A stretch of 64,000 bases of DNA from Gammaproteobacteria bacterium (lineage in GTDB: Bacteria; Pseudomonadota; Gammaproteobacteria; CAJXQU01): the NCBI GenBank assembly GCA_965238175.1, contig CBDEGZ010000003.1, positions 352,001 to 416,000 of the forward strand. Direction: 5' to 3'. Below the pieces are notes generated by a model. That model saw only the letters and a program-made list of their open reading frames with translations. It did not search any database and was not told where the DNA came from. This document shows positions 21,161-32,304 of the stretch, piece after piece (position 1 is the first letter of the stretch; every line of letters begins with the position of its first letter). The position numbers and the translations under genes were made by a program.

Positions 21161-22195
21161 TCAGAATAATTCTTTATTGATAGCTTTCGTTCTTGCGATC
21201 TGACGAGTAATAACTTTTTTGCTAACCATATCCTGTAAACATTGATCCAGTGTTTGCATTCCAAGTTGGGCACCCGTCTGAATTGCAGAATACATCTGGG
21301 CGATCTTATTTTCACGGATCAAATTACGAATTGCTGGCGTCCCGATCATAATTTCATGTGCTGCTGCACGCCCCCCCCCCACTTTTTTTAATAAGGTTTG
21401 ACTGACGACAGCACGTAATGATTCTGACAACATTGAGCGCATCATTTCTTTTTCTTCAGCAGGGAAAACATCAACAATACGATCAATCGTTTTAGCTGCA
21501 GAACTAGTATGTAGGGTACCAAAAACAAGATGACCTGTTTCTGCTGCCGATAGCGCCAGACGAATAGTTTCCAAATCACGTAATTCACCAACAAGAATGG
21601 TATCTGGATCTTCACGTAGCGCCGATCGTAATGCTTCATTGAAGCCAAGCGTGTCACGGTGGACTTCGCGCTGGTTAATAAGACACTTCTTGCTTTGATG
21701 AACAAATTCAATTGGGTCTTCTACGGTTAGAATATGCCCATATTCACTTTCATTTTTGTGATTGACCATCGCAGCAAGCGTGGTTGATTTACCTGAGCCC
21801 GTTGGCCCAGTGACTAAGACTATGCCACGGGGATAGTCTGCAATGTCGGCTAGCATCTTGGGTGCGTTTAAATCTTCAAGTGAGAGCACTTCGGAAGGAA
21901 TGGTACGAAAGACAGCTGCAGCCCCCCGTTCTTGATTAAAGGCATTAACACGGAAACGAGCAAGACCAGGAACATCAAAAGAAAAATCAGTTTCTAAGAA
22001 TTCTTCGTAGTCTTTACGGTTTTTATCGTTCATGATGTCGTATACAAGACCATGAACTTCTTTGTGTTCCATTGATGGGATGTTGATACGTCGTACATCA
22101 CCATCAACACGGATCATTGGAGGCAAACCTGCCGAAAGATGTAAGTCGGATGCGCCATTTTTGACGCTAAAGGCCAATAATTCACCAATATCCAT
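21161..22195 (-). CDS. pilT: Twitching motility ATPase PilT
   Basis: MDIGELL...ASDLHLSAGLPP, GPTGSGKSTT, ALREDPD, AIRNLIRE motif. Confidence 0.97.
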   Translation of the reverse strand: MDIGELLAFSVKNGASDLHLSAGLPPMIRVDGDVRRINIPSMEHKEVHGLVYDIMNDKNRKDYEEFLETDFSFDVPGLARFRVNAFNQERGAAAVFRTIPSEVLSLEDLNAPKMLADIADYPRGIVLVTGPTGSGKSTTLAAMVNHKNESEYGHILTVEDPIEFVHQSKKCLINQREVHRDTLGFNEALRSALREDPDTILVGELRDLETIRLALSAAETGHLVFGTLHTSSAAKTIDRIVDVFPAEEKEMMRSMLSESLRAVVSQTLLKKVGGGRAAAHEIMIGTPAIRNLIRENKIAQMYSAIQTGAQLGMQTLDQCLQDMVSKKVITRQIARTKAINKELF

Positions 22196-22376
22196 TAAAT
22201 ATTCCCCTCATAAAACCCGATCGAAAACGGTATAATCACTGTTAAATTAGTCCTAATTAATACGTTTTACAAGTATTCACTCAACATATAATTATTCTAA
22301 AAATCGTCTACTATTGCCAATCTAGTACGCAAATAATGCGCCAAGAATTTATAAGACAATAAAAATATTGTGATCT

Positions 22377-23090
22377 ATGAAAATTAAAACGATCCTCGAA
22401 TTTCAGCAAGAGTTAGATAACGTCGTTTCTCAACAAGGGAATACACAAAATCGCATTCAATTACTCGCGGTAAGCAAAACCCGCTCGGCCAAGGAAATTG
22501 ATCAACTAATAGCACAGGGACAGCAATGTTTTGGTGAAAATTATCTTCAAGAAGCAATTGAAAAGATCGAATTGCTTAAACACCACAAGCTAGAGTGGCA
22601 TTACATCGGTAAAATTCAGTCTAACAAAACTAAATTGATCGCCACTTCTTTTGATTGGGCACACACAGTTGACCGATTAAAGGTTGCTCAACGGCTAAGT
22701 GAACAACGACCAAAAGAGCTACCACCGCTGAAGATTTGTCTTCAAGTGAATACCAGTGGTGAGACAACTAAAGGTGGAATAAATTTCGATGCTTTGCCAG
22801 CACTAGCGAAAGATGTAGATCAACTCCCAGGTTTGGAACTTCGAGGATTAATGACACTTCCCGCACCTGCTAAAGAATTTGATCAGCAAAGACAACCTTT
22901 CCACCAACTTTGTGCATCGCTAGGTGCGCTTGCGCAACAGGGGCTTAACCTTGATACACTATCAATGGGCACAACCAATGATTTTAGGGCTGCTGTTGCT
23001 GAAGGATTAGCCAGCCAACCAGCCAAGATAGGCAAACCATTAACAACTATTATTCGGATCGGGACGGCTCTATTTGGCCCCCGCAAATGA
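22377..23090 (+). CDS. yggS: PLP homeostasis protein YggS
   Basis: LLAVSKT, FGENYLQE, WHYIGKIQSNK, LRGLMT, LSMG, RIGTALFG; pilT-yggS-proC-yggT synteny. Confidence 0.95.
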   Translation: MKIKTILEFQQELDNVVSQQGNTQNRIQLLAVSKTRSAKEIDQLIAQGQQCFGENYLQEAIEKIELLKHHKLEWHYIGKIQSNKTKLIATSFDWAHTVDRLKVAQRLSEQRPKELPPLKICLQVNTSGETTKGGINFDALPALAKDVDQLPGLELRGLMTLPAPAKEFDQQRQPFHQLCASLGALAQQGLNLDTLSMGTTNDFRAAVAEGLASQPAKIGKPLTTIIRIGTALFGPRK

Positions 23091-23971
23091 GTAAAAAACA
23101 AACTGGGACAAGTAACCATGAAAGAGTTTTTATGATCGATCAGAAAATTGTTTTTATTGGTGGTGGAAACATGGGGCGCTGTCTGATCGCAGGCTTAATT
23201 GCTGGTGGTTATTCTCGCCAGGTGATTCATGTTATAGACCCTGATCAAAAAGTACGTGATCAACTGGAGATACAGTATCAGATCAACTCGCATGAGGGCC
23301 CACAAGGTGTGTTAGACAAAGCTGAAATTGTCGTACTGGCAGTAAAACCACAAATTATGCAGCTAGCGATCAATGGAATAAAAAGCTATCTGGACAATCC
23401 AATGCCACTGATTATTTCTATAGCCGCAGGTCTTCAAACAGCAACATTAGCAAAATGGCTGGGGGCAGATTCACCGCTTGTTAGGACGATGCCAAACACG
23501 CCAGCTATGGTTGGAAGCGGTGCGACAGCTTTATATGCCACAAAAAATGTCACAGAAACTCAAGGTAATATGGCAGAATCGATAATGCGCGCTGTAGGGA
23601 TCACTCAATGGTTGGATGATGAAGCTCTAATGGATGCTGTTACAGCCGTTTCGGGCAGTGGGCCTGCGTATTTTTTCCGAATGATGGAAGCGATGGCAAA
23701 AGCGGGGGAAGGCTTGGGTCTCACAAAAGAACAAGCTCGACTACTAACAATAGAAACCGCATTTGGTGCTGCTAAAATGGCATTGGAAAGTACGAATGAT
23801 CCGGCCTCTTTGCGGAAACAGGTAACTTCGCCGGGTGGCACAACAGAACGTGCACTTAATGTTTTTAATGAGCAAAATATTGATATGATCTTTGAAAAAG
23901 CACTGACTGCAGCAAAAGAGCGGTCAGAAGTGCTAGCAATAGAATTATCGATGATATCAGGAGATTCATAA
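23087..23971 (+). CDS. proC: Pyrroline-5-carboxylate reductase
   Basis: FIGGGNMG, LAVKPQ, RTMPNTP, TAVSGSGPAY, VTSPGGTT; true start may be 23132. Confidence 0.96.
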   Translation: MSKKQTGTSNHERVFMIDQKIVFIGGGNMGRCLIAGLIAGGYSRQVIHVIDPDQKVRDQLEIQYQINSHEGPQGVLDKAEIVVLAVKPQIMQLAINGIKSYLDNPMPLIISIAAGLQTATLAKWLGADSPLVRTMPNTPAMVGSGATALYATKNVTETQGNMAESIMRAVGITQWLDDEALMDAVTAVSGSGPAYFFRMMEAMAKAGEGLGLTKEQARLLTIETAFGAAKMALESTNDPASLRKQVTSPGGTTERALNVFNEQNIDMIFEKALTAAKERSEVLAIELSMISGDS

Positions 23972-23974
23972 ACG

Positions 23975-24547
23975 ATGGGTTACTTTAACAATGCAGCATC
24001 ATTTTTGATCAGCACCGCGTTTGGTTTATACATCCTTGCTGTGCTACTGCGATTTTTATTCCAACTTTTTCGTGCAGATTTTCAAAATCCGCTTAGTCAA
24101 TTTATTCTTAAAGTCACAACACCGGCACTGCGGCCATTGCGCAATATCATTCCCGGCGTAAAAGGCATTGATTGGCCAGCACTGGTTCTGCTCTTTATTT
24201 TGCAAATAATATTACTTGTCATTCTAGGTTTACTCCAAGGAAATGTACCGCCGATCGGAAACTTGATCATCTTGAGCATTGCAAACCTGTTAAAACTGGT
24301 AGTTTATGTGTTTATGTTTGCCCTATTTATTGTCTTTGTTCTAGGTTGGGTTGCCCCAGGAACCTATAATTATATGACTTCAATCTTGAGCAGTTTGACA
24401 GAACCCATCCTCACTCCCATTCGTGAAAAGTTGCCAACATCAGGTGGAGGATTAGATTTTTCTATGTTAATTGCGTTTATACTCCTACAACTGTTTTTAA
24501 TGTTAGTAGTAAAACCACTTATGGATTTAGGTGCAGGTGTTATGTAA
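23975..24547 (+). CDS. yggT: YggT family membrane protein
   Basis: ADFQNPLSQF..KVTTP.LRPLR, second repeat LTEPILTPIR..LP..GGLDFS. Confidence 0.92.
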   Translation: MGYFNNAASFLISTAFGLYILAVLLRFLFQLFRADFQNPLSQFILKVTTPALRPLRNIIPGVKGIDWPALVLLFILQIILLVILGLLQGNVPPIGNLIILSIANLLKLVVYVFMFALFIVFVLGWVAPGTYNYMTSILSSLTEPILTPIREKLPTSGGGLDFSMLIAFILLQLFLMLVVKPLMDLGAGVM

Positions 24548-24613
24548 CCTATTTTAGGTGCATGAATAAATAGGCTACGAAATAATGGCTTATTTTTTAT
24601 ATAGGAGATAGTT

Positions 24614-25060
24614 ATGTGTGTTAGAAATTCGTTAATATTCACCTTTCTAAGTTTGATCCTTTTCACCATTACAAGTACTGCCGAACAATCCCAAACGTTC
24701 GGCAAATATACTATTCACTACAATGTAATTAATACAGAGATACTTGATCCAGCGGTTGCAAGTGGCTACAAAATCACACGAAGTAAAAATCGTGCCCTGT
24801 TGAATATTTCGATCTTAAAAGATCAAATGGGAACTTCGGTAAAACCCGTTAAAGCTACAGTATCGGCCATGACGACCACTCTCAACTTACAACAAAGCAA
24901 GATCAAAATTCGTGAATTGGAAGATTCAGATGCAATTTATTATGTCGGCGAGATCCCAATCAAAAATGCTGAAACTCTAAAATTCGAAATTCAAGTTCAA
25001 CCACTAGCAGGTGACGAAACCTATACTTTGAAATTTCAGCAAGAACTTTTCACAGAATAA
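24614..25060 (+). CDS. DUF4426-type secreted protein
   Basis: Signal peptide; YTIHYN..N...L.P.VA..YKITRSKNRALLNI; AIYYVGE; usual position after yggT. Confidence 0.85.
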   Translation: MCVRNSLIFTFLSLILFTITSTAEQSQTFGKYTIHYNVINTEILDPAVASGYKITRSKNRALLNISILKDQMGTSVKPVKATVSAMTTTLNLQQSKIKIRELEDSDAIYYVGEIPIKNAETLKFEIQVQPLAGDETYTLKFQQELFTE

Positions 25061-25116
25061 CCAGTCTGAATATTTATAATTTTAATGCTTGTTGGATTCG
25101 CAAATTTTTAGAAAAC

Positions 25117-25803
25117 ATGGATAATTCTACTCAGCCACACGACATCCAAATCAATATGGATCGCTCAAAAGAGTTAATGACCAATACAACAGAAATGGAT
25201 TGGCTTCCATCCCCTGCAAAAGGTGTTCTACGTAAGCCACTAGAGAGGGAAGCCAAAGAAACGGGGCAAGTGACCAGTGTTGTCAGGTATGAACCAGGCT
25301 CTGTATTCTCATCGCATTTGCATCCTAAGGGTGAGGAAATTTTTGTCTTAGATGGTGTCTTTGAAGATGAGCATGGTAGTTACCCTGCCGGTAGTTATTT
25401 ACGCAACCCACCCGGTTCGTCTCACGCCCCAAAATCCACAACTGGTTGTGAACTTTTCGTAAAATTAAATATGTTCCAACAAGGTGATAGTGAAACTGTA
25501 GTGATTAATACTGATGCAGAGGAGTGGCAGCCAGGAATTAGTGAAGGCTTATCTATAATACCCTTACATTCCTTTGGTGCGGAAAGTATGGCCCTGGTAA
25601 AATGGGATATTGGAACGGTTTTTACACCTCACGTGCATCCCGGTGGCGAAGAAATTTTTGTTCTCGAAGGTACTTTAGAAGACGAGCATGGCACCTACCC
25701 GAAAGGCACCTGGATCCGAAGTCCAAACTACAGCAAGCATTTTCCAACAAGTAAAGAAGGTTGCATCATTTTTGTTAAAACTGGGCATTTACCTACGCTT
25801 TAA
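25117..25803 (+). CDS. ChrR-like tandem cupin protein
   Basis: Two repeats HxHPxGEEIFVLxGxxEDEHGxYPxGxxxRxP. Confidence 0.9.
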   Translation: MDNSTQPHDIQINMDRSKELMTNTTEMDWLPSPAKGVLRKPLEREAKETGQVTSVVRYEPGSVFSSHLHPKGEEIFVLDGVFEDEHGSYPAGSYLRNPPGSSHAPKSTTGCELFVKLNMFQQGDSETVVINTDAEEWQPGISEGLSIIPLHSFGAESMALVKWDIGTVFTPHVHPGGEEIFVLEGTLEDEHGTYPKGTWIRSPNYSKHFPTSKEGCIIFVKTGHLPTL

Positions 25804-25842
25804 AAACAAAGAATATTGTTGGCATAATTGAAGTTATTATTA

Positions 25843-26079
25843 CTACTTAATTTGTATCATTAAGTATGTAGTCTCCCACGCCTCACGCTTTTGGCTATAA
25901 CGTGATGATGCTAGGCTATCCATTGCGCCGAACAAGTCTCGCATCTCTGCATCGCTGGGTGTGTCTACTTCCTGATCTTCGTAACGTCCATTTGATTTAA
26001 TACTGATACCCACAGCAGGATCGGTTGTTAAATACCCTTGATGGATCATTTCTAATAGCATGGAATGAAAAGAGGACAA
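25843..26079 (-). pseudogene. Possible tyrosine-integrase internal fragment
   Basis: FHSML..MIHQGYLTTDPA...TPSDAEMRDLF resembles an integrase core-binding-domain end and linker; no proper start or end. Confidence 0.4.
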
Positions 26080-26099
26080 CGTACGGCGAGCCAGATCTC

Positions 26100-26290
26100 G
26101 ACTCTTGTGACCGCCGATTAAAGACCGTTGGAGTGAACTTTGAAGATCAACAAGATCTCTTAGGTCATCGCGCTGGACACATTGTTCAGCGGCAGAATTA
26201 TCGAAACTGATTGAAGCCGCAAATAGCGTTTGTCATGCCAATAAAAAAAGACCCGAACTCGTGATTTTACGCAGGCTCGGTGTGTCATAA
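26100..26290 (+). pseudogene. Frameshifted C-terminal fragment of a phage-type tyrosine integrase
   Basis: RRLKTVGVNFEDQQDLLGH, then after a frameshift AAELSKLIEAANSVC; abuts the 3' end of tRNA-Phe. Confidence 0.7.
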
Positions 26291-26365
26291 ATTAGGCCTC
26301 ACACAAAACTCACGCAAGAGGGTTTTTGAAGTAAAATTCTAAAAACGTAACTGATTGTTTTTTAA

Positions 26366-26441
<76 letters not shown>

Positions 26442-26526
26442 ATTTTTGAAGATTTATTACGAGCGCGATATTAGACCGTTTGAGACGGTTTGAGTCAAGT
26501 CTTTCAGCAATATTCGGAACAAAATA

Positions 26527-26805
26527 CTATTCTGAATCATTTTCAGGGATGTAACCTTCTGGTACCTCTGAACCTTCGCCGAAGAAAAACTTCTCCATTT
26601 CTCCTTCGAGGAATTTACGCGCCTCAGGTTCTATGGGCGTGAGACGATTTTCATTGATCAACATGGTTTGGTGAGCAAGCCACAATTGCCAAGCTTCTTG
26701 CGAAACATTGTCATAAATTCTCTGTCCCAATTCACCAGGGTATGGGACTCTTTTCAAGCCTTCGGCTTCTTTATCTAATTTGATGCAAGTTATGATATGC
26801 GTCAT
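26527..26805 (-). CDS. yggX: Fe(II)-trafficking / oxidative damage protection protein
   Basis: [37 protein letters not shown]; downstream of mutY. Confidence 0.95.
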   Translation of the reverse strand: MTHIITCIKLDKEAEGLKRVPYPGELGQRIYDNVSQEAWQLWLAHQTMLINENRLTPIEPEARKFLEGEMEKFFFGEGSEVPEGYIPENDSE

Positions 26806-27856
26806 GTGGTTTGTCCTTTTCTAACTTTTTCAACAAGCTGGTAACGGGTGCTGCCAGACCTATGTTTTTGATCTGATCGAAGTTATACCAGAGTGTTTGT
26901 TTTGGTTCCATGATCATCATTGTATTATTTTTGATCTCGGCGATTATGGGTGTGATCTCTAGATGAAAATGGCTGAATGTATGACGCATAATTTGCAACT
27001 TCTCCAGATTACTAATCTTCAAACCAAAACGCTGTTGGCAAATGTTTTTTAGATCAGAATCATGAGCGCATTCGGGCAAACTCCATAAACCTCCCCAGAT
27101 CCCGCTGGGTGGTCGCTTTTCTAGTAATATTTCATTTTGATCATTTTTCAGTATCAAAAATATTTTCTCTTTTGTCGGCAAACTTTTTTTAGGTTTTGAA
27201 TAGGGAAAATCTTTTTGTCGATCTGATTTTCTTGCCAGGCAATCCTTCTCTACGGGACAATTCTGACACTTTGGTTTGCTACGTGTACAAACTGTCGCAC
27301 CAAGATCCATAATCGCCTGCGTGTACGAATCTACGTTTCTTTCAGGTGTGTTTTGTTTTGCGATTTTCCAGAGTTTTTCTTCAATTTTCGTTTGACCCGG
27401 CCAACCTTCAATAGCATTAAATCGGGTTAATACGCGCTTTACATTACCATCAAGAATCGGAAATCGCTGTTGCATGGATAGTGATAAAATCGCTCCAGCA
27501 GTCGAACGCCCAATACCCGGTAACGCAACAATTTGATCAAACGTTGTTGGGAATTCACCGTGATGTTCACTCACAATTTGTTGAGCCGCTTTGTGTAAAT
27601 TGCGACCTCTGGCGTAATAACCCAGCCCCGACCAATGGTGCAGAACTTGATCAATATCGGCTTCGGCCAACGACTCTACAGAAGGGAAACTCTTTAGAAA
27701 TCGTGCATAGTATGGGAGAACAGTTGCTACCTGGGTTTGTTGCAACATAATCTCGGACACCCAAACTCTATAGGGTGTAGGATTTTTTTGCCAAGGGAGA
27801 TCATGACGGCCGTATTGATCAAACCAATACAATATAGCTTTTGAAAATGCCGTCAC
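26771..27856 (-). CDS. mutY: A/G-specific adenine glycosylase
   Basis: [56 protein letters not shown]. Confidence 0.97.
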   Translation of the reverse strand: MTAFSKAILYWFDQYGRHDLPWQKNPTPYRVWVSEIMLQQTQVATVLPYYARFLKSFPSVESLAEADIDQVLHHWSGLGYYARGRNLHKAAQQIVSEHHGEFPTTFDQIVALPGIGRSTAGAILSLSMQQRFPILDGNVKRVLTRFNAIEGWPGQTKIEEKLWKIAKQNTPERNVDSYTQAIMDLGATVCTRSKPKCQNCPVEKDCLARKSDRQKDFPYSKPKKSLPTKEKIFLILKNDQNEILLEKRPPSGIWGGLWSLPECAHDSDLKNICQQRFGLKISNLEKLQIMRHTFSHFHLEITPIIAEIKNNTMMIMEPKQTLWYNFDQIKNIGLAAPVTSLLKKLEKDKPHDAYHNLHQIR

Positions 27857-27868
27857 TATTGATTAATC

Positions 27869-27904
27869 AAAAAAAATATCCCGACAAATAATTGCCGGGA
27901 TATT
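27869..27904 (-). terminator. Rho-independent terminator after asmA
   Basis: AATATCCCG...CGGGATATT stem with A-run on + side. Confidence 0.65.
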
Positions 27905-27912
27905 GATCAAAT

Positions 27913-30807
27913 TTAGAATTTCAGCATATTTTTTAATTTATCTTTCACCAAATCTTCAGGTTTTTTCTTTTCTTCTTTTGGTGCAGGTGCATCTGTAGCA
28001 GAATCCGTTACCGTAGCTGACTCGTCACCTTTGATACCTAAAAGCTTGTTTAGTTTAGACCCAACTTTAGCTTTTACTTTGTCCTTTTGTTTTTCAAGTT
28101 CCTGATCTACTTTAGCTTGCAACACCCCTCCAAAATCTGGCCTATATTTCAAATCTGAAAACGTGCCGGAAACCCGCACAGGAATATCAATCCCTTTTAG
28201 CTCAGATAAGTCCTCACCACCTTGACCTTTACCTGAGCCAACCACCGTCGCCTTTACACCGTAATCTACAGCTTCACTAGCCAAGTTTGCAGTACCGGCG
28301 CCAGTGATACGTAGAAACGGTGATTTCAACAAGAAATCTTGATTTGAGACTAGTCCATTTTTAATCACGGTTGTCGCGCTTAATTCGCTGAAGTCTGTTT
28401 TAACTGGGCCATCTTCCGCAGCCAATGACTTACCGGTTAATTTCGCTTTTCCTTCACGAATAATCTTGGCAACGTTGACACCTAAAAGTGCTCCATCCGT
28501 AAATTTCAGATCGGTGGTTCCACTGATGGTTTTTTTGATCGCATCTGCTCCCGCTCCAACAGCATTGATGTTGATGTTACCGATCAGAGTTCCATCAATT
28601 TTCGAATCGCCTGCTAAGTCGGTCATCATCGGTGCAACTTGTACTCCATTAAGCGCGCTGACTGCTTTTATAACCGGTTGGTTACCTGTCGCATCAAGAT
28701 TGACACTTCCGTTATAGCTTCCCTGATAGAGGTTCGCCTGAGTCGGATTCAAATTGATTTTGCCACCCTTTGCATCCAAACCCAGCTTGACGTTTTTCAA
28801 TTTTGCATTCGAAATAATCAAACTACCAATATTCAATGTACCTTTCGCATTTAATTTTCTCAGGGTATCCATCGGTAGATCCGTCGCTGCTGCGGTCGCG
28901 GTTTCCGGTGTTGCTGGTACAGCTGCTTTTTGACCTTCACTGGTCGGAGCCATGTATCGATCTGCATTAATCGAATCAATATTAATATTGAAAGTCGGCG
29001 CTGGATTACTGAAATTGACGACCGCTAAATCACCACTAATATTCGTTTCATCAAGCTTCATCGCAATTCCTTTCAAACTGACCGAATTTTTAGTTGCAGC
29101 AAAATTGGTATTAAGACCAAAGTTAGATAACACTTTTAGATCCGCTGTTACTGGCGCTTCGATATTCATCTGACTCATCAACTGGCGCAAATTAAATGGT
29201 GCAATTTTTAGATTGCCATTCAAGTTCGGACTTTTGATAATTTGCGTTCCATTGACTGCTCCCTGTATATCAAGCCCCATGCCACTAACTGCAAAGTTTT
29301 GTACGTTAAGTGTTTCTTTGGCCAGATTAACATCGGCAGTAGTACTCAATGTGACATCCACTGGACTGTTGGGAATTTGATCACCTGCCAACGTTGCTTT
29401 CGCATTGAGATTTTCAACCTTCATGCTATCAGCTGTACTGGTCAATTTAGTATCGGCAATGAAACTTTTGATCGGCATTGATGCATCCTGACCAAGCGCC
29501 GCTAATAATGTTGGGACATCTTCAGCCTTAATACTCAAGTCCCCATCCAACAATGGAATCGGTGACAAGATCTTATTCGCCTTGATATTTCCATCAATGC
29601 TAGTACCTAAACCTTTAAAGGAAAGTTCCGTAAAATTAGCTGACTCATTAGCAAGATTCACATCACCTTTAACGCTTAAATTAACATTTTCAGCTTGCTC
29701 AAACAGACCACCTTCTAAAGTTGCATCAGCAAGCAATTTTTCAAATGTCATACTGTCTTTACTACTTGAGAACTGCGCATTAGCATTCAATTTTTTCAAT
29801 GGGATCTTTTCAGGATCTTGACCTAAGGCTTTAAGAAGATCAGGAATCGATTGCGCATCAATTTTGATGTTGCCGTTCGCTAATGGAATTTTATCGAAGA
29901 TATTGGTTGCATCAATATCACCTGAAATCTTAGTACCTAGGGCATCAAGATCAAGCCCTGTAACACTGGCAGTTCCAGTGTTTAAATCAGCTTGAGCTGA
30001 TGAGGCTTGCAGCTTAATATCAGCCGCGCCACCTGGGATCCCCGTACCTTTCAAATTTGCACTAAAGTCGATCGGTTTTACACTGTATTTTTTACCATCG
30101 AGATCATATTCAACCGTTCCGTCAAGCATCACTGTCCCTGCTATACCTTCAGCCTCAGCATCCAACTCCAGTGACATTTCCAGATCGATCGGTTTATTAA
30201 GTTGCAAAGTACCTGTTTTTAAATTGAGGTTGCTAACTGCGTATTTTTTACCAAGACTTTGGTCATCCCATACTAAATTAACATTTTCAAGATCAATGCC
30301 ACCTATCGCCAGAGCGGCTAGATTTACCGCACTAGAATCTTCGTCTTTAGCTTCTGTTTTTGCTTCACCCGTCAGATCATCAAGATTAGTTTTACCTGAT
30401 TTATCTTTCCCAAGATTGAGATAGACATCTTTTAAAACCAGTGTGCTGATCTCAACATCGTCTATGATATTAGCCGTCGCCTTTTCTTTGTCTGTAATGA
30501 ATCCAGGCAAAGCTTTCAAGATAGGCATTATTTTAACGCTGACACTAGCTTTACCACTTTTAAGCATTGGCTGATCACCAAACCCCGGCGCATTTCCGAG
30601 AGTAACCTCACCTATGTCCACACCCAATGCAGGAAACTTAGACATCTTCAAATCACCAGAGATTGTCAAATCTCTTCCGGTATGCTTTTTCACTTGTCTA
30701 ACAATCGTTTCTTTATGATCATTCGGATCAACAAACAACGGTACCGCTATCAATGTGACAACCACGAGAATGACAATCAATCCAATAGCAAATAACAACT
30801 TTTTCAT
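27913..30807 (-). CDS. AsmA-family protein (long form with internal repeats)
   Basis: N-terminal TM then VDPND.K..I...V...TGRDL.I.GD; C-terminal LYQG, TDFSELSAT..I.NG...NQD....SPFLRITGAG; asmA-mutY-yggX synteny. Confidence 0.9.
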   Translation of the reverse strand: MKKLLFAIGLIVILVVVTLIAVPLFVDPNDHKETIVRQVKKHTGRDLTISGDLKMSKFPALGVDIGEVTLGNAPGFGDQPMLKSGKASVSVKIMPILKALPGFITDKEKATANIIDDVEISTLVLKDVYLNLGKDKSGKTNLDDLTGEAKTEAKDEDSSAVNLAALAIGGIDLENVNLVWDDQSLGKKYAVSNLNLKTGTLQLNKPIDLEMSLELDAEAEGIAGTVMLDGTVEYDLDGKKYSVKPIDFSANLKGTGIPGGAADIKLQASSAQADLNTGTASVTGLDLDALGTKISGDIDATNIFDKIPLANGNIKIDAQSIPDLLKALGQDPEKIPLKKLNANAQFSSSKDSMTFEKLLADATLEGGLFEQAENVNLSVKGDVNLANESANFTELSFKGLGTSIDGNIKANKILSPIPLLDGDLSIKAEDVPTLLAALGQDASMPIKSFIADTKLTSTADSMKVENLNAKATLAGDQIPNSPVDVTLSTTADVNLAKETLNVQNFAVSGMGLDIQGAVNGTQIIKSPNLNGNLKIAPFNLRQLMSQMNIEAPVTADLKVLSNFGLNTNFAATKNSVSLKGIAMKLDETNISGDLAVVNFSNPAPTFNINIDSINADRYMAPTSEGQKAAVPATPETATAAATDLPMDTLRKLNAKGTLNIGSLIISNAKLKNVKLGLDAKGGKINLNPTQANLYQGSYNGSVNLDATGNQPVIKAVSALNGVQVAPMMTDLAGDSKIDGTLIGNININAVGAGADAIKKTISGTTDLKFTDGALLGVNVAKIIREGKAKLTGKSLAAEDGPVKTDFSELSATTVIKNGLVSNQDFLLKSPFLRITGAGTANLASEAVDYGVKATVVGSGKGQGGEDLSELKGIDIPVRVSGTFSDLKYRPDFGGVLQAKVDQELEKQKDKVKAKVGSKLNKLLGIKGDESATVTDSATDAPAPKEEKKKPEDLVKDKLKNMLKF

Positions 30808-30841
30808 TTTAGATTTCCCCTTCTAAACAAACTAAAAATTT

Positions 30842-32233
30842 TCATATACCTAATTTAACACGTGCTCGTTGTACCGCAGCACGTACCTGTACTGGTGCGG
30901 TACCACCAATATGATCCCGAACGGCAAGTGCACCTTCCAATGTCAATACATCATAAACATCTGACTCAATAACCGAAGAAAAATTTTGTAATTCTTCCAA
31001 CGACAAGTCAGCTATATCTTTACCTTGCTTCTCAGCCGCCGCAACGGTATTTCCGACAACCTCATGAGCATCGCGGAAAGCAATCCCTTTTCGAACTAAA
31101 TAATCTGCCAGATCTGTCGCCGTAGCAAAACCCTTGCTCGCCGCTGCACGCATGTTTTCTGCATTGACAGAAATCGCACCCGACATATCAGCGAATGCCT
31201 TAAGACTGCCACGAACCGTGTCTATACTGTCGAACAAAGGTTCTTTGTCTTCCTGGTTGTCTTTGTTGTAGGCCAGCGGTTGACCTTTCATCAAGGTCAA
31301 TAAGGCGATCAAATTACCATTCGTACGTCCGGTTTTACCACGTACAAGTTCGGGAACGTCCGGGTTTTTCTTTTGCGGCATGATCGATGAGCCGGTACAA
31401 AAAGCATCTCCAATCGAGGCAAAACTAAATTGTTGTGAACACCAAAGCACCAACTCTTCTGAAAAACGCGACAGGTGAGTCATGATTAATGCAGCGCAGG
31501 CATTAAACTCAATCGCAAAATCTCTATCACTTACCGCATCCAAAGAATTCTCCGCTATACCTTCGAATTCTAATAACTCTGCCGTCAGGTTTCGATCAAT
31601 CGGATAGCTTGTTCCGGCCAAAGCCGCAGCGCCTAATGGCATAACATTCACGCGTTTCCTGCAATCTGTAAGACGTCCTTGATCACGAAATAGCATTTCG
31701 ACCCAAGCCATCATATGGTGTCCAAAGGTGATTGGTTGCGCTGTTTGTAGATGAGTAAAACCAGGCATGACGGTTTCTGCTTCTTGTTCAGCCAGGGTGA
31801 TCAACCCGCGGATCAAACGCTCAAGTTCAGTTTTGATCTCGTCAATCTGATCTCGCAAAAATAATCGAATATCGGTTGCGACCTGATCATTTCTAGATCG
31901 CCCTGTGTGCAGTTTTTTACCAACATCACCGATCAAATCTGTCAATCGACGTTCGATGTTCATATGCACATCTTCCAGCGCAATCGACCATTCAAATTTG
32001 CCTTGTTCAATTTCTGATCGAATTCTCGCAAGCCCATCGATAATTGCTTTAGCTTCATTGTCACTAAGCACGCCAACCTTCGCCAGCATCGTCGCATGGG
32101 CAATAGAGCCTTGGATATCGTAAGCATACATGCGCTGATCAAATTGTACAGACGCCGTAAATTCCTGCACAAATGCATCTGTCGGCTGATTGAAACGCCC
32201 ACCCCAGAGCTCGTTAGTTGATGATTCCGTCAT
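30842..32233 (-). CDS. argH: Argininosuccinate lyase
   Basis: [46 protein letters not shown]. Confidence 0.98.
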   Translation of the reverse strand: MTESSTNELWGGRFNQPTDAFVQEFTASVQFDQRMYAYDIQGSIAHATMLAKVGVLSDNEAKAIIDGLARIRSEIEQGKFEWSIALEDVHMNIERRLTDLIGDVGKKLHTGRSRNDQVATDIRLFLRDQIDEIKTELERLIRGLITLAEQEAETVMPGFTHLQTAQPITFGHHMMAWVEMLFRDQGRLTDCRKRVNVMPLGAAALAGTSYPIDRNLTAELLEFEGIAENSLDAVSDRDFAIEFNACAALIMTHLSRFSEELVLWCSQQFSFASIGDAFCTGSSIMPQKKNPDVPELVRGKTGRTNGNLIALLTLMKGQPLAYNKDNQEDKEPLFDSIDTVRGSLKAFADMSGAISVNAENMRAAASKGFATATDLADYLVRKGIAFRDAHEVVGNTVAAAEKQGKDIADLSLEELQNFSSVIESDVYDVLTLEGALAVRDHIGGTAPVQVRAAVQRARVKLGI

Positions 32234-32304
32234 GATTTTCAGTTCTAAAATTCAGTATAAATTCAAGGTCTTTTCAGTTTAACTCATTCAGATCAAAAAT
32301 TGGC

